Part shown: piece by piece, positions 39,292 through 49,600 of the stretch
Position numbering within the stretch: position 1 is the stretch's first letter
Layout of the letters: each line of letters starts with the position of its first letter
Assembly: GCA_964475015.1 (NCBI GenBank)
Contig: CAYYVA010000002.1
Location: 26,221 to 90,220, forward strand
Direction of reading: 5' to 3'
Length of the DNA stretch: 64,000 bases
From: an uncultured Muribaculaceae bacterium
GTDB lineage: Bacteria; Bacteroidota; Bacteroidia; Bacteroidales; UBA932
Translations under genes and position numbers: made by a program
The notes under the pieces: generated by a model
Databases searched by the model: none
Told to the model about the DNA's origin: nothing
Seen by the model: the letters and a program-made list of their open reading frames with translations, nothing else

Positions 39292-40116
39292 ATGGAAAAT
39301 AATATGCATATCTTACAGCAATTGGCTGCACAATACAATAACGAAAAGTATTTCCAGGGGGATCCCATCATTTTCCCAAAGCATTTTGCAAGGCTGATGC
39401 AGGGCAAGGAGGGGATTCCGGGGCTTGGTAATGCCGGTACCTGCAAGGATGTTGCAGAAGGCTGTGGGGTGGAAAGTGGCGGAGAGAATCTGTCGGGAAG
39501 GAAATATACCCTGCAGGATGTGGAGATTGCAGCTGTGATTGCCGCGCATCTGGCCTGGGGCCGGAGGGATATGATTGTGAGGGACTGCAAGAGGGCCTTT
39601 GATGAAATGGGGTGGGAACCATACAGGTATGTTATGGCCGGAAGCTACAGGGATGAGGATGCGAGCCTCCACCGCACCATAAAATGGAGTGAATTTGCAG
39701 CAATATGCGGCAGGCTCAGGGAGTTTTACAGCAAGAATGAAACCCTTGAGGCCCTTACTCCCGACGGGTTCCGTGTAAAAGTTTATGGGCAGAAAAGTGA
39801 CCCTAAGGCAGCCAACAAGAAAATCCACATGCTCCGCCGTTGGATGGTACGCAATGACGGGATTGTGGACCTGGGGCTCTGGAAAGGGATCACACCGGCA
39901 GAACTGGTGATTCCATTGGATGTACACGTACACAGGAGTTCCCTGAATCTTGGAGTGACCTCCCGCAACAGCGCAGACATCACCACTGCTCATGAAATAA
40001 CTGAATTTTTAAAGGAAGCATTCCCCGGAGACCCTTGCAAAGGGGACTTTGCATTGTTTGCATACGCTGCTACACTTAGGGAAGAAAAGGAAAAATCAAA
40101 TAAAGTACAGATATGA
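39292..40116 (+). CDS. TIGR02757 (DUF2400) family protein
   Basis: Start at MENNMHIL. It contains ...YFQGDPIIFPKHF...AAVIAAHLAWGRRDMI... The ORF-track TTG start overlaps the promoter box. Confidence 0.65.
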   Translation: MENNMHILQQLAAQYNNEKYFQGDPIIFPKHFARLMQGKEGIPGLGNAGTCKDVAEGCGVESGGENLSGRKYTLQDVEIAAVIAAHLAWGRRDMIVRDCKRAFDEMGWEPYRYVMAGSYRDEDASLHRTIKWSEFAAICGRLREFYSKNETLEALTPDGFRVKVYGQKSDPKAANKKIHMLRRWMVRNDGIVDLGLWKGITPAELVIPLDVHVHRSSLNLGVTSRNSADITTAHEITEFLKEAFPGDPCKGDFALFAYAATLREEKEKSNKVQI

Positions 40117-41666
40117 AAATGATAAAAGTAATGGCTGCAGCAGCATTCATGCTTGCAGCAACAGCCGCAACGGCACAAATCAAATTCTCTTCAAATTTTG
40201 AGAGCGGCTCAATGGAAAAGGCCGAACTTGTATCACAGGAGACAAAGAACGGCAAAGAGGTGATAACATACGATTTCTACAGCAGGTTTGACCCTGCAAA
40301 CCCTGCTCGCCCAACCCTTGCCCCAAGTGCAAGATGGTACTACTTCAAGATGACAGGTGTAAAGGACAAGGAGGTTATCCTGAACGTGAAGAACTCTGAT
40401 GCACGCCGCCCGTTCTACAGCTATGACAACAAGAACTGGACAAGGTTCTCTGCAGCTGAGTCTCCGGATGAGAAGACAATAATCAAGACCTATGACCAGG
40501 ATGAAGTGTATATAGCATACTACATCCCTTATACATACAGCCGCCTTTTGGGCAAAATCCAGGAGTGGGTAAAACATGATTGGGTTGACCTCAGTTCAAT
40601 AGGCCAGAGTGAGCACGGCAGGAACATGCCACTGCTTACCATCACCAACAAGAACGGCAAGGCAGACAAGAAAGTTGTTTATATCCACGGCCGAGTACAT
40701 ACCAGCGAAACACCTGGCAGCTGGCACCTTGAGAGGATGATTGATGTGCTCACATCAGACACCCCTTATGCAAATGCCCTGAGGGAAAATGTAATATATC
40801 ATATCCTCCCATTCACTAATCCCGACGGAGTAGTGGAAGGAAACAGCCGTTCAAATGCAAACGGTGTGAACATGGAGGTAAACTGGGATGACCCTGAGGA
40901 GGTTACAACCAAGGAGGTAAAGAACATGAGGGCATTCCTGAAGTCGCTCCTTGCACAGGGCAATGTGGATGTATTCCTCAACATGCACTCACAGAGCATG
41001 CACCAGGCAACATACTGGGTACACACTGCAGAGACTTCATCTGACTACTTCTACAAGAACCTTATGGTACTTGCCAATCTCACAATGAATGACAACCCTT
41101 ATTTTGCCAAGAGGGACCTCTGCTTCTCAAAGATGGGTTCAAGATATTGCGAAGGGTGGTTCTGGAACAACTCAGGAGAGAAGACTCTTGCAGTGACATT
41201 TGAGACCCCTTACACATATTACAGCCAGAACAAGGATGGCGAGTGGGTATCACTTGAGAACCTTAGGACCTTTGCAGACCACAATGTGCTTGCACTGGGA
41301 GATTACCTTGGCGAGGGAGCCCCTTACAGGATTATTATTGAGGAGCCTGCCGCTGCAGCCGGATTCCAGACATTGAAGGACAACAGCAAATTCTACAACG
41401 GTACAAGCTACCTGAAGGCCGTTAAGGATGGTGCTGCCGTAAAATATGTATTCAACGGAAAGAAAGAGGGTGTTGAAATTCCTGCAGGAAAATACGAAGT
41501 ATACAAATGGGCTGCAGGAGACAACCTAAAGGAGAGCAAGGCAGGTGAGAACGAGTGGGTTAAAGTTGGCGAACTGCAGCATAAAGGGGGCAAGAAGATC
41601 AGATATACCCATAAAGCTGCATCCGGAGAGCTTGTTGACAATATCCTCCTCAAGAGAGTTAACTGA
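40113..41666 (+). CDS. M14 family zinc carboxypeptidase
   Basis: Signal peptide, then HGRVHTSETPGS (HxxE zinc motif) and ...NMHSQ. Confidence 0.75.
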   Translation: MKMIKVMAAAAFMLAATAATAQIKFSSNFESGSMEKAELVSQETKNGKEVITYDFYSRFDPANPARPTLAPSARWYYFKMTGVKDKEVILNVKNSDARRPFYSYDNKNWTRFSAAESPDEKTIIKTYDQDEVYIAYYIPYTYSRLLGKIQEWVKHDWVDLSSIGQSEHGRNMPLLTITNKNGKADKKVVYIHGRVHTSETPGSWHLERMIDVLTSDTPYANALRENVIYHILPFTNPDGVVEGNSRSNANGVNMEVNWDDPEEVTTKEVKNMRAFLKSLLAQGNVDVFLNMHSQSMHQATYWVHTAETSSDYFYKNLMVLANLTMNDNPYFAKRDLCFSKMGSRYCEGWFWNNSGEKTLAVTFETPYTYYSQNKDGEWVSLENLRTFADHNVLALGDYLGEGAPYRIIIEEPAAAAGFQTLKDNSKFYNGTSYLKAVKDGAAVKYVFNGKKEGVEIPAGKYEVYKWAAGDNLKESKAGENEWVKVGELQHKGGKKIRYTHKAASGELVDNILLKRVN

Positions 41667-41672
41667 GAAAGC

Positions 41673-43100
41673 ATGCAGAACTATACAAAATATCTCAATT
41701 TCTTTGGAGTGACTGAGGAGGACCTCAGGGAACTTGTTGCAACCGCCCTCTCAAAGGGAGGTGAATATGCCGACATCTTCTTTGAGCATTCTGTAATCAA
41801 TGAGCTTACCCTCAGGGACGGGGAGGTGAATGCTGCCGGAACCCACATTGATTATGGTGTGGGAATAAGGGTTGTAAAGGGTGAAAAGACCGGGTACGCC
41901 TATTCTGAGATTACCACCATGCCCCTTATGAAGAAGGCTGCCCTCACAGCTGCCCAGATTGCTGAAGAGGCAACTGCTGTTGTGGATGCATCAAGGGAGG
42001 TAAAGCTCCTGAAGGGGGAAAACCTCTACCCTATCGGGAAGGATTGGGACAAGACAGGGATAGACTACAAGATCCCTCACCTGCAGAAATTGAATGAGAA
42101 GATATTTTCCAAGGATACAAGAACCACAAAAGTTATCGGGAAGATAGCGGACTCAAACACGCTTGTGCTGTTCTACAACTCTTTTGGAGAGGCCTTTACA
42201 GATGAGAGGCCTATGATAAATGTGGTGGCCAATTGTGTAATGGAAGATGGCAAGGGGAGGTCTGAGACAGGCGGTGTATCCAGAAGCTTCAGGATGGGGT
42301 TCGAACTCCTTACAGATGATCTTATGGAGGAGATTGCATCGGAGGTTGTATCCAAGACTGCATTCCTCTTCAATGCCTCACAGCCGAAAGGGGGTGCAAT
42401 GCCGGTTGTAATGGGTGCAGGCGGGAGCGGAATACTGCTTCATGAAGCTGTGGGACACGCCTTTGAAGCCGATTTCAACCGTAAGGGGACATCAATATTC
42501 TCAGACATGATGGGACAGCAGGTGTGCGCCGCAGGGATAAACATTGTGGATGACGGAACCCTTGCCGGGAACCGCGGCAGCTGCAATTTTGATGATGAAG
42601 GAATCCCCGGGCAGAAGACATACCTTGTAAAGGACGGAATACTCAATTCCTATCTGCATGACCGCATAAGTGCCAAATTCTATGGTGTTGCACCTACCGG
42701 AAACGGAAGGCGTGAATCATTCAGATATATGCCAATCCCCCGCATGAGGGCAACCTATATGGAGAACGGCACAATGGCCGAAGAGGAGCTCATTTCCCAG
42801 GTGAAGAAGGGAATATATGTAGACAACTTCAGCAACGGACAGGTGCAGATTGGCGCCGGAGACTTCACTTTCTATGTAAAGAGCGGCTGGCTCATTGAGA
42901 AAGGGAAGCTCACACAGCCTATAAAGGATGTGAATGTGATTGGCAACGGCCCGGAGGCCCTCAGGCAGATAACCGGAGTAGCAGACAACGGCAGGATGGA
43001 AAATGCCACCTGGACATGCGGAAAAGGGCAGTATGTACCCGTTTCATGCGGAATGCCGAGCATCCTGGTAAAAAAGCTTGTAGTAGGAGGAAGCAATTGA
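41673..43100 (+). CDS. tldD: TldD family metalloprotease
   Basis: 475 aa with LLHEAVGHAFEADF (HExxxH-like). Confidence 0.85.
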   Translation: MQNYTKYLNFFGVTEEDLRELVATALSKGGEYADIFFEHSVINELTLRDGEVNAAGTHIDYGVGIRVVKGEKTGYAYSEITTMPLMKKAALTAAQIAEEATAVVDASREVKLLKGENLYPIGKDWDKTGIDYKIPHLQKLNEKIFSKDTRTTKVIGKIADSNTLVLFYNSFGEAFTDERPMINVVANCVMEDGKGRSETGGVSRSFRMGFELLTDDLMEEIASEVVSKTAFLFNASQPKGGAMPVVMGAGGSGILLHEAVGHAFEADFNRKGTSIFSDMMGQQVCAAGINIVDDGTLAGNRGSCNFDDEGIPGQKTYLVKDGILNSYLHDRISAKFYGVAPTGNGRRESFRYMPIPRMRATYMENGTMAEEELISQVKKGIYVDNFSNGQVQIGAGDFTFYVKSGWLIEKGKLTQPIKDVNVIGNGPEALRQITGVADNGRMENATWTCGKGQYVPVSCGMPSILVKKLVVGGSN

Positions 43101-44455
43101 TGAAAACAAATAGAATTGATAATTCATTTGAGGTAGAGGCGGCCCAGAGGGCCTTGGACATGGTGATGAAACAGGGTGCACAGGCATGCCGCATTACCAT
43201 GAACCTGGGTATCCAGAACTCATTTTCAGCCCTTGACGGCAAACTTGAGAACCTGCAGAATGCCAACGACCGCAACCTCTACATACAGATAATCTCCAAC
43301 GGCAGATATGGAGCCTACTCCACCAACCGCCTGGAAAAGGAGGACCTTGAGAAATTCATAGGGGAAGCGGTAAGGACAAACTCATATCTTACTCCCGACG
43401 AATGCAGGACCCTCCCGCCCAAGGAGATATGCTGGTGGGGCAAGGAGGATGACCTGGACCAGTATGACCCATATATCCTTGAAATGGACCCTACCAGAAA
43501 AAGGGAGATTGCCTTTGAGGTAATGGAGGAGATTTACGGCAGGAACAAGAAGATTGTTTCCGTAAACACAGAGTACGGGGATATGCTGGAATACCAGTAT
43601 ATGGTGGATTCCCAGGGTTTTGAAGGGGATTCACTGCAGAGCAACTTTACAGTAAGTGCAGAGTGCTCGGTAAAGGGGCGCGGCAATGCCCGCAGTGAGG
43701 GATGGTGGTATGAATCATCACTCCACTACAAGGATTTCAGCTTTGCGGGGTGCGGAACAGCTGCACTTGAAAGGGCTCTTGAGAAATTGGGGCCCAAGGA
43801 GATGGCCGGAGGAGAAATGACAATGATAGTTGACAACACCTGTTCCAGCAGGCTCATCTCCCCAATCTTCCAGGCATTGAACGGCAGCAATATCCAGCAG
43901 CGCAACTCCTTCCTTATGGAAAAGAAGGGTGAAAAGGTATTCACGGAGAAATTCACCCTCATTGACAACCCCCACTGGAAAGGGATGTCGGGAAGCCGCT
44001 ACTTTGATGGGGACGGAATTGCAACGCACCCTATGGATATCATAAGGGAGGGTGTTGTGGAGAGCTATTTCATAAACACCTACTCGGCAAACAAGATGGG
44101 GTGCGCACCTACAATTGAGAGTGCATCGGTTCCGCACTTCTCACTTGAGGGGTTCCCTGAAGAGATGAGGAACCTTACATACAGGGATATGGTAAGGATA
44201 GCCGGAAAGGGTATTCTGGTAACCGGTTTCAACGGTGGAAACTGCAACGGGCTCACCGGCGATTTCTCATACGGAATAGAAGGATTCTATTTTGAGGGCG
44301 GAGAGATATTATTTCCTGTAAGGGAGATGAATATCAGCGGCAATATTATATCTTTGTGGCGCAATTTGGCAATGGTTGGAAATGATGCAAGAACCTGTTC
44401 AAGGTGGCTCATCCCTTCCCTTGCATTTGGAAACGTAAACTTTACAGGAATCTGA
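43100..44455 (+). CDS. pmbA: PmbA/TldE family protein
   Basis: Start at MKTNRIDNSF (TGATG overlap with tldD). It is a TldD/PmbA paralogue without the HExxxH motif. Confidence 0.8.
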   Translation: MKTNRIDNSFEVEAAQRALDMVMKQGAQACRITMNLGIQNSFSALDGKLENLQNANDRNLYIQIISNGRYGAYSTNRLEKEDLEKFIGEAVRTNSYLTPDECRTLPPKEICWWGKEDDLDQYDPYILEMDPTRKREIAFEVMEEIYGRNKKIVSVNTEYGDMLEYQYMVDSQGFEGDSLQSNFTVSAECSVKGRGNARSEGWWYESSLHYKDFSFAGCGTAALERALEKLGPKEMAGGEMTMIVDNTCSSRLISPIFQALNGSNIQQRNSFLMEKKGEKVFTEKFTLIDNPHWKGMSGSRYFDGDGIATHPMDIIREGVVESYFINTYSANKMGCAPTIESASVPHFSLEGFPEEMRNLTYRDMVRIAGKGILVTGFNGGNCNGLTGDFSYGIEGFYFEGGEILFPVREMNISGNIISLWRNLAMVGNDARTCSRWLIPSLAFGNVNFTGI

Positions 44456-44457
44456 TT

Positions 44458-45912
44458 ATGAAAAAAATGACAGGATGGCTTGCCATAATACCGGTAAGCG
44501 TTTTGGTAATACTTATTGTTATAGGTTCAATACTTTTTGGTGATGACCTTACAGCAGGCCCTTCGCAGATAGCACTTCTTGTTGCAACTGTAGTGGCAGC
44601 ACTCATTGCAATGTTCCGTCAGAAAATTTCCTGGGAGAAACTGGAAGAGGGCATTGCAGACAACTTCAGCAAATCGGGAGGAGTATTCTTCATCCTGCTG
44701 GCAATTGGGGCAATCACATCATCATGGATGATTTCCGGGGTAGTGCCTACACTCATCTATTATGGACTCAAACTTATAAACCCGTCCATTTTCCTGCTGG
44801 TGATTTTCATTTTCACTGCACTTATCTCGTTGATTCTTGGAAGTTCCTGGACAACTATTGGCACTATAGGAATAGCAATGCTCAGTGCCGGTGAAATTAT
44901 GGGGTTCGACAGCGGATGGCTTGCAGGTGCAATAATATCGGGAGCATATTTCGGAGATAAAGTTTCACCCCTTTCCGATACAACATATCTTTCGTCGGGA
45001 ATAGCAGGGGTAGACCTTTACAAACACGTAAAATATCTACTTACCACAAATATTCCTCTGCTGGTTCTGACTGGAATAATTTTTACCGTTGCAGGGTTCC
45101 TCATCCCTTCAAATGCAAACCTTGATGTGGCTGCAGAGAGTGCCCAGATTGCTTCAACCTTCAACATTTCATTGTGGCTGCTGCTTATTCCGGCTTCAAC
45201 AATCTTTATGATGTACAAGAAGGTTCCAGCATTCCTTACATTGTTTATCTCTGCAATACTAAGTTCAATAGTTGCAGTATTTGCACAGCCGCAGATTATT
45301 GCACAGATAGTTCCAGAAGGGGCTACTGTTGCACAGACATTCATTATTGCACCACTTAAAGTGCTTTCTATGCCAATTGAGGTGGTTACAGAGAGTCCTA
45401 TGCTTACAGAACTTGCCAGCACCAGCGGTATGGCAGGTATGCTCAATACCGTATGGCTTATAATGTGCGTATGTGCTTTTGGAGGTGTAATGGAAGCAGG
45501 AGGATACATTGGAGCAATTACAGAGGCTATGACAAAAGTGATAAAATCCCGCACAAGCCTTGTAGGAAGTACACTTGGTACATGTATCATCAGCAACCTT
45601 ACCCTTTCTGACCAGTATATGTCTATCATCATCCCCGGCAAGATGTTTGCTGACATATACAAGAAGGAGGGTTATGCACCTGAACTTCTGAGCCGTTCTC
45701 TGCAGGATTCCGCTACCGTAACATCAGTACTTATCCCGTGGAACTCATGCGCGGCAATGCAGAGCAGCGTACTGGGAATATCAACACTTACATATCTTCC
45801 ATACTGCTTCTTCAATATCCTCTCACCTATAGTATCATTGGCATTTACGGCAATCGGATACAAGATTACCCGCTGGGGCAAGCCTGTAACAGGAAAAGGG
45901 GCAACCAAGTAA
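44458..45912 (+). CDS. nhaC: Na+/H+ antiporter NhaC family
   Basis: Start at MKKMTGWLAI; polytopic, about 484 aa. Confidence 0.75.
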   Translation: MKKMTGWLAIIPVSVLVILIVIGSILFGDDLTAGPSQIALLVATVVAALIAMFRQKISWEKLEEGIADNFSKSGGVFFILLAIGAITSSWMISGVVPTLIYYGLKLINPSIFLLVIFIFTALISLILGSSWTTIGTIGIAMLSAGEIMGFDSGWLAGAIISGAYFGDKVSPLSDTTYLSSGIAGVDLYKHVKYLLTTNIPLLVLTGIIFTVAGFLIPSNANLDVAAESAQIASTFNISLWLLLIPASTIFMMYKKVPAFLTLFISAILSSIVAVFAQPQIIAQIVPEGATVAQTFIIAPLKVLSMPIEVVTESPMLTELASTSGMAGMLNTVWLIMCVCAFGGVMEAGGYIGAITEAMTKVIKSRTSLVGSTLGTCIISNLTLSDQYMSIIIPGKMFADIYKKEGYAPELLSRSLQDSATVTSVLIPWNSCAAMQSSVLGISTLTYLPYCFFNILSPIVSLAFTAIGYKITRWGKPVTGKGATK

Positions 45913-45971
45913 ATTTGGGATAATGGGAAATTTGAATCATTTTTGTAATTAATAAACTAAACATAAAGGAA

Positions 45972-46520
45972 ATGGAAATAAATCTTAACAAAGTAGTTTC
46001 GTTATCATATACATTGGAAGTTGATGGCGATGTTATTGAGACTGTATCAGCAGAGAAGCCAATGATGTTCATCTATGGAACAGGCTATCTTCTTCCTAAA
46101 TTTGAGGAGTACATTGCAGGCAAGAAAGTAGGTGACACCTTTGAGTTCACTCTTACAGAGGATGAGGGTTACGGCAAGGTTAACCCTGATGCAATTGTGG
46201 AGCTCCAAAAGAAGATGTTTGAGATTGACGGCAAGATTGAGGAGGGTCTCCTTACAGTTGGCAACGTGCTTCCTATGATGGATTCAGAGGGCAACAGGCT
46301 GAACGGTGCAATTGACGAGGTTAAGGAGGATACAATCATCATGAACTTCAACCACCCGCTTGCAGGTGCGGCACTTCACTTCACCGGTAAGGTTGAGGCT
46401 GTAAGGGAGGCTACTGAAACTGAACTTACAAACGGCCTTTTCAACGAGAAAGTGCAGCACTCATGCGGTGACAGCTGTGGTTCAGACTGCTCATCATGCG
46501 GTTGCGGCGGCTGCCACTAA
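45972..46520 (+). CDS. slyD: FKBP-type peptidyl-prolyl isomerase SlyD-like with a Cys-rich tail
   Basis: V.L.Y.L...G...E......P..FIYG, an IF-domain, and the C-terminus HSCGDSCGSDCSSCGCGGCH. Confidence 0.75.
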   Translation: MEINLNKVVSLSYTLEVDGDVIETVSAEKPMMFIYGTGYLLPKFEEYIAGKKVGDTFEFTLTEDEGYGKVNPDAIVELQKKMFEIDGKIEEGLLTVGNVLPMMDSEGNRLNGAIDEVKEDTIIMNFNHPLAGAALHFTGKVEAVREATETELTNGLFNEKVQHSCGDSCGSDCSSCGCGGCH

Positions 46521-46563
46521 GAAGACTCAGAAGAATGCAACAAAAGAAAGTGCATTCATATTG

Positions 46564-46670
46564 GAGATGAAATAAATAAACCAGGGACCTCATTCGACGG
46601 TTACGAGTTATCGCGAAGCGATGACGAAGTAGAGGAGACTGCGTCGTCCCTGGTTTATTTATTTCATCTC
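46564..46670. repeat. perfect 25-bp inverted repeat with a 57-nt spacer between convergent genes
   Basis: gagatgaaataaataaaccagggac (46564-46588) pairs with gtccctggtttatttatttcatctc (46646-46670). Confidence 0.85.
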
Positions 46671-46673
46671 TAT

Positions 46674-49600
46674 TTATAAGGATTTCTTCTGTTCCTTCCT
46701 CCTGGCCCTCTCCTGCTTTTCGTATGCCTTCTGGGCCTTTGACTTGCCCTTCAACAGACTTTTGAAAGAATTGAACTCCTTCTGATAGACAATACCTACG
46801 CCGCTCCTCTGGCTGTTGTTGTTGTCATTATATGTAGAATACTGGTCCTCTGCATGCGAGAACACATCCAGACGCACATTGCCAGGATTGTCCAGCTTTA
46901 TCTCCACATCAATGTTTCCTATCACATCCCTGCTGCTGTTGCCGTAAGGGTCATTGCCTATATTGCCGTTGATCACAACCCTGTTGTTGAACAGCTGGGT
47001 TGAAACAGCCACATCAAATATATCAGTACCCCGCTCTCCCGGCTGGTAGTTCAATCCAAGGTCAAGAGGGATTCCCAGCTGCTGGAAGATCATGTTGATC
47101 TGGTTGCTCAAGATTTCCGAGGCATTTGAATACAGCAGCGATGAGTTGTTTGCAATGCCGCTCTGCTCGTCGGGAATAAAGCCACCTGAAACCAGAAGGG
47201 CCATAAGCTGCTTCTGCACCTTGCCCTGGGTATTGAGGGCGCTCTCAACCCTTATCTTGGTTGTAGGGTCCAGGTCAGGGACATTTATTGAGAAGGTGAG
47301 CTGGGGGTTCATCATCTTCCCTTCCATACCAATAATGCAATCCACATTCCTCCTTGTTGAGACGCTGCTTGTATCGGCTATCAATGGGTTGATGGATGCC
47401 TTAGTGTGATATACAGCCTCCAGATTGAGGTTGGTATTGGTTATGTCCCCGTTGAAGTTTATGGTTCCTCCCGGCTGCAGGGTAAAGTCTTTTGCTGCAA
47501 AGCCGGCAAGTACAAACTTATAGCTTCCGTCTGTCACATGATAATCACCGAATATGTCAAAAATCTCCCTTGAAGGATTTATGTCAAGGTCAATTGTACC
47601 ATTGCCCTTGGCCTTTATCACATCACCTACAGATTTGTCAATCTCTATCATTATCTCAGCCGCAGGGGTGAGCCTTGCCTCCATGTTAACATCAAGCTGT
47701 GTCTCCCTCTTCACCACATTTGCACGGTTCACCGTAAGTGTATCATACGGGTCAATCCATCTGTCAGTTTCCGGCTCCACAAATGTAAGGAGGTTTGTCT
47801 GTGAAGCGTTTGCGGAACTTGAGAGCGGAATATGTATTACAGTATTCTTGTTTGAGACAACACCTATGTCAATCCCGATCCTTTCAAGCGGGCCCTTGAG
47901 GTGTACTGCACCTGTAGCAAAGGCGCTGCCATAGAAGAACTCATTGTCCTTCTCAGTTGTATTCAGGCACTGCATCCCTGTAAAGTCCACATTGATGTCA
48001 AGCGCAAGGTTCCTGAAATAATTGTATGTGAGGCTGCCGTTTACAGTACCCTTTGAGTTGAAGCTGTCATATATTGGAAGGTTCTTCAAGAAGATTCCTT
48101 TCTCTGTAAGTTCGAACGGGCCGTTCAGCCTGTATGGCACCTGGGTGAAGTCAAGCAGGAAGCCCAAATTGTTGAAACGGCACATTTCACCTGTAATGGA
48201 AAGCTTGTCAAGCTGCCCGGAGAGCTTCAATTCTCCCGACAGGCCTCCGCTTGTCCTTGAAACAAGCCCCTGCAGGAACGGCTCAAAATAGCAGACAGAG
48301 AGGTCTTCAAGTGAGGCGTTCATGCTCAGGTAAGAAGAATCAGGCCTGTAGTGGCCGGTTGCAGAGAAATGGGGCCTGCCGTCCAGATTGGATTTTACCA
48401 ATATGTTCAGCCGCTTGCCTGGAGCATCCCATTTGCTCATCATCTTGAGTGTACCAACCTTGTTGTTATATACGGAAACATCCTCGCCGTTGATGTCAAA
48501 GAACACTTTAGGGTCCCTGTAAAGGTCAGAAACAACCCCGTTACCGGAGAAATGCCCCTCAAGGTTGAATGACCTGGAAAGGAAAAGGTTGATGATTCCT
48601 ATATTGAAGTTCTTCAGGCTGAAATTCAATGTATCGGGATTATATCTTGAGATGTCTCCGTCAAGTGAGAATATCTGGTCATTGTTGGCAATATTGAAGT
48701 TGGAGACATTCACTGCGGAGTCTGCAATTGTAATGTGGGCCGGAGTAAATTTCCACTTCTCCCCTTTCAGGCTGATTGCAGAAGAGCCGTCAATCTCTAC
48801 ATCCATCTCCCTGCCAGGCTTGAAGAGTATCCCGGCAAGCAGTGATGCGCTGTTGTCTTCAGTAGAGTCGTTCCTGAAGTTGAACCCTGCCTTGAGGAGG
48901 TTAGTATCAGCCTTTATATTGATGGTGCTGCTGTCCATCCTCATGCCGGCAAACCTTATGTTCCTTGAGAAGAGCGTTGCAACTGAAGGCTTACCTTTCC
49001 CGGCAGTAAGATTCAGCCTTAAATTCTTGAGGAAATCTGCCCCGTTTGCCAGTCTGCCCGATTCCAGCCTTGCCTTAAGGTTATCCTTTCTGTCAATGGT
49101 AACCTTAACGGATGTACTGTCCATAATGTAGAGCCCCGGCATGATTGCCCTGCAGAGGTTCTGGGTGTTGAAGGTCTGGGCAGAGAAATTATACATGCCG
49201 TTGTTGGATTTAACGGTTGTATCCCTGTTGAACAGATTGTCCAGTTTTGAGAAAGCCGTAATGTCAGCAGCCTTTTTTATGAACATGTCTATAGGGCCTG
49301 GGCCGGAATAGCGTGCCTTGGCAAAAGGGGAATCAAGGGAAGCTGTAAAGATCTTGTTGGAATTCATGGAGAGAATCTTCACATTGCCCAACTTGTATTT
49401 GCCTGCAGAGGTCCTGTACTCAGCATTCTTTATCTCCACCTTTCCGGTAACATAGCTGTCCTTCACATGCGTAAAGTTGGCAGTTGTGGAGAAGCCCACC
49501 TCCTTGATGTCTGTACCGGTATTGATGTTCAGCGAATCAAGGTTCACATACGGAACCAGAGCCTTGAAATCATACTTGCTTTCAGTCTCCTTTGCAAAGG

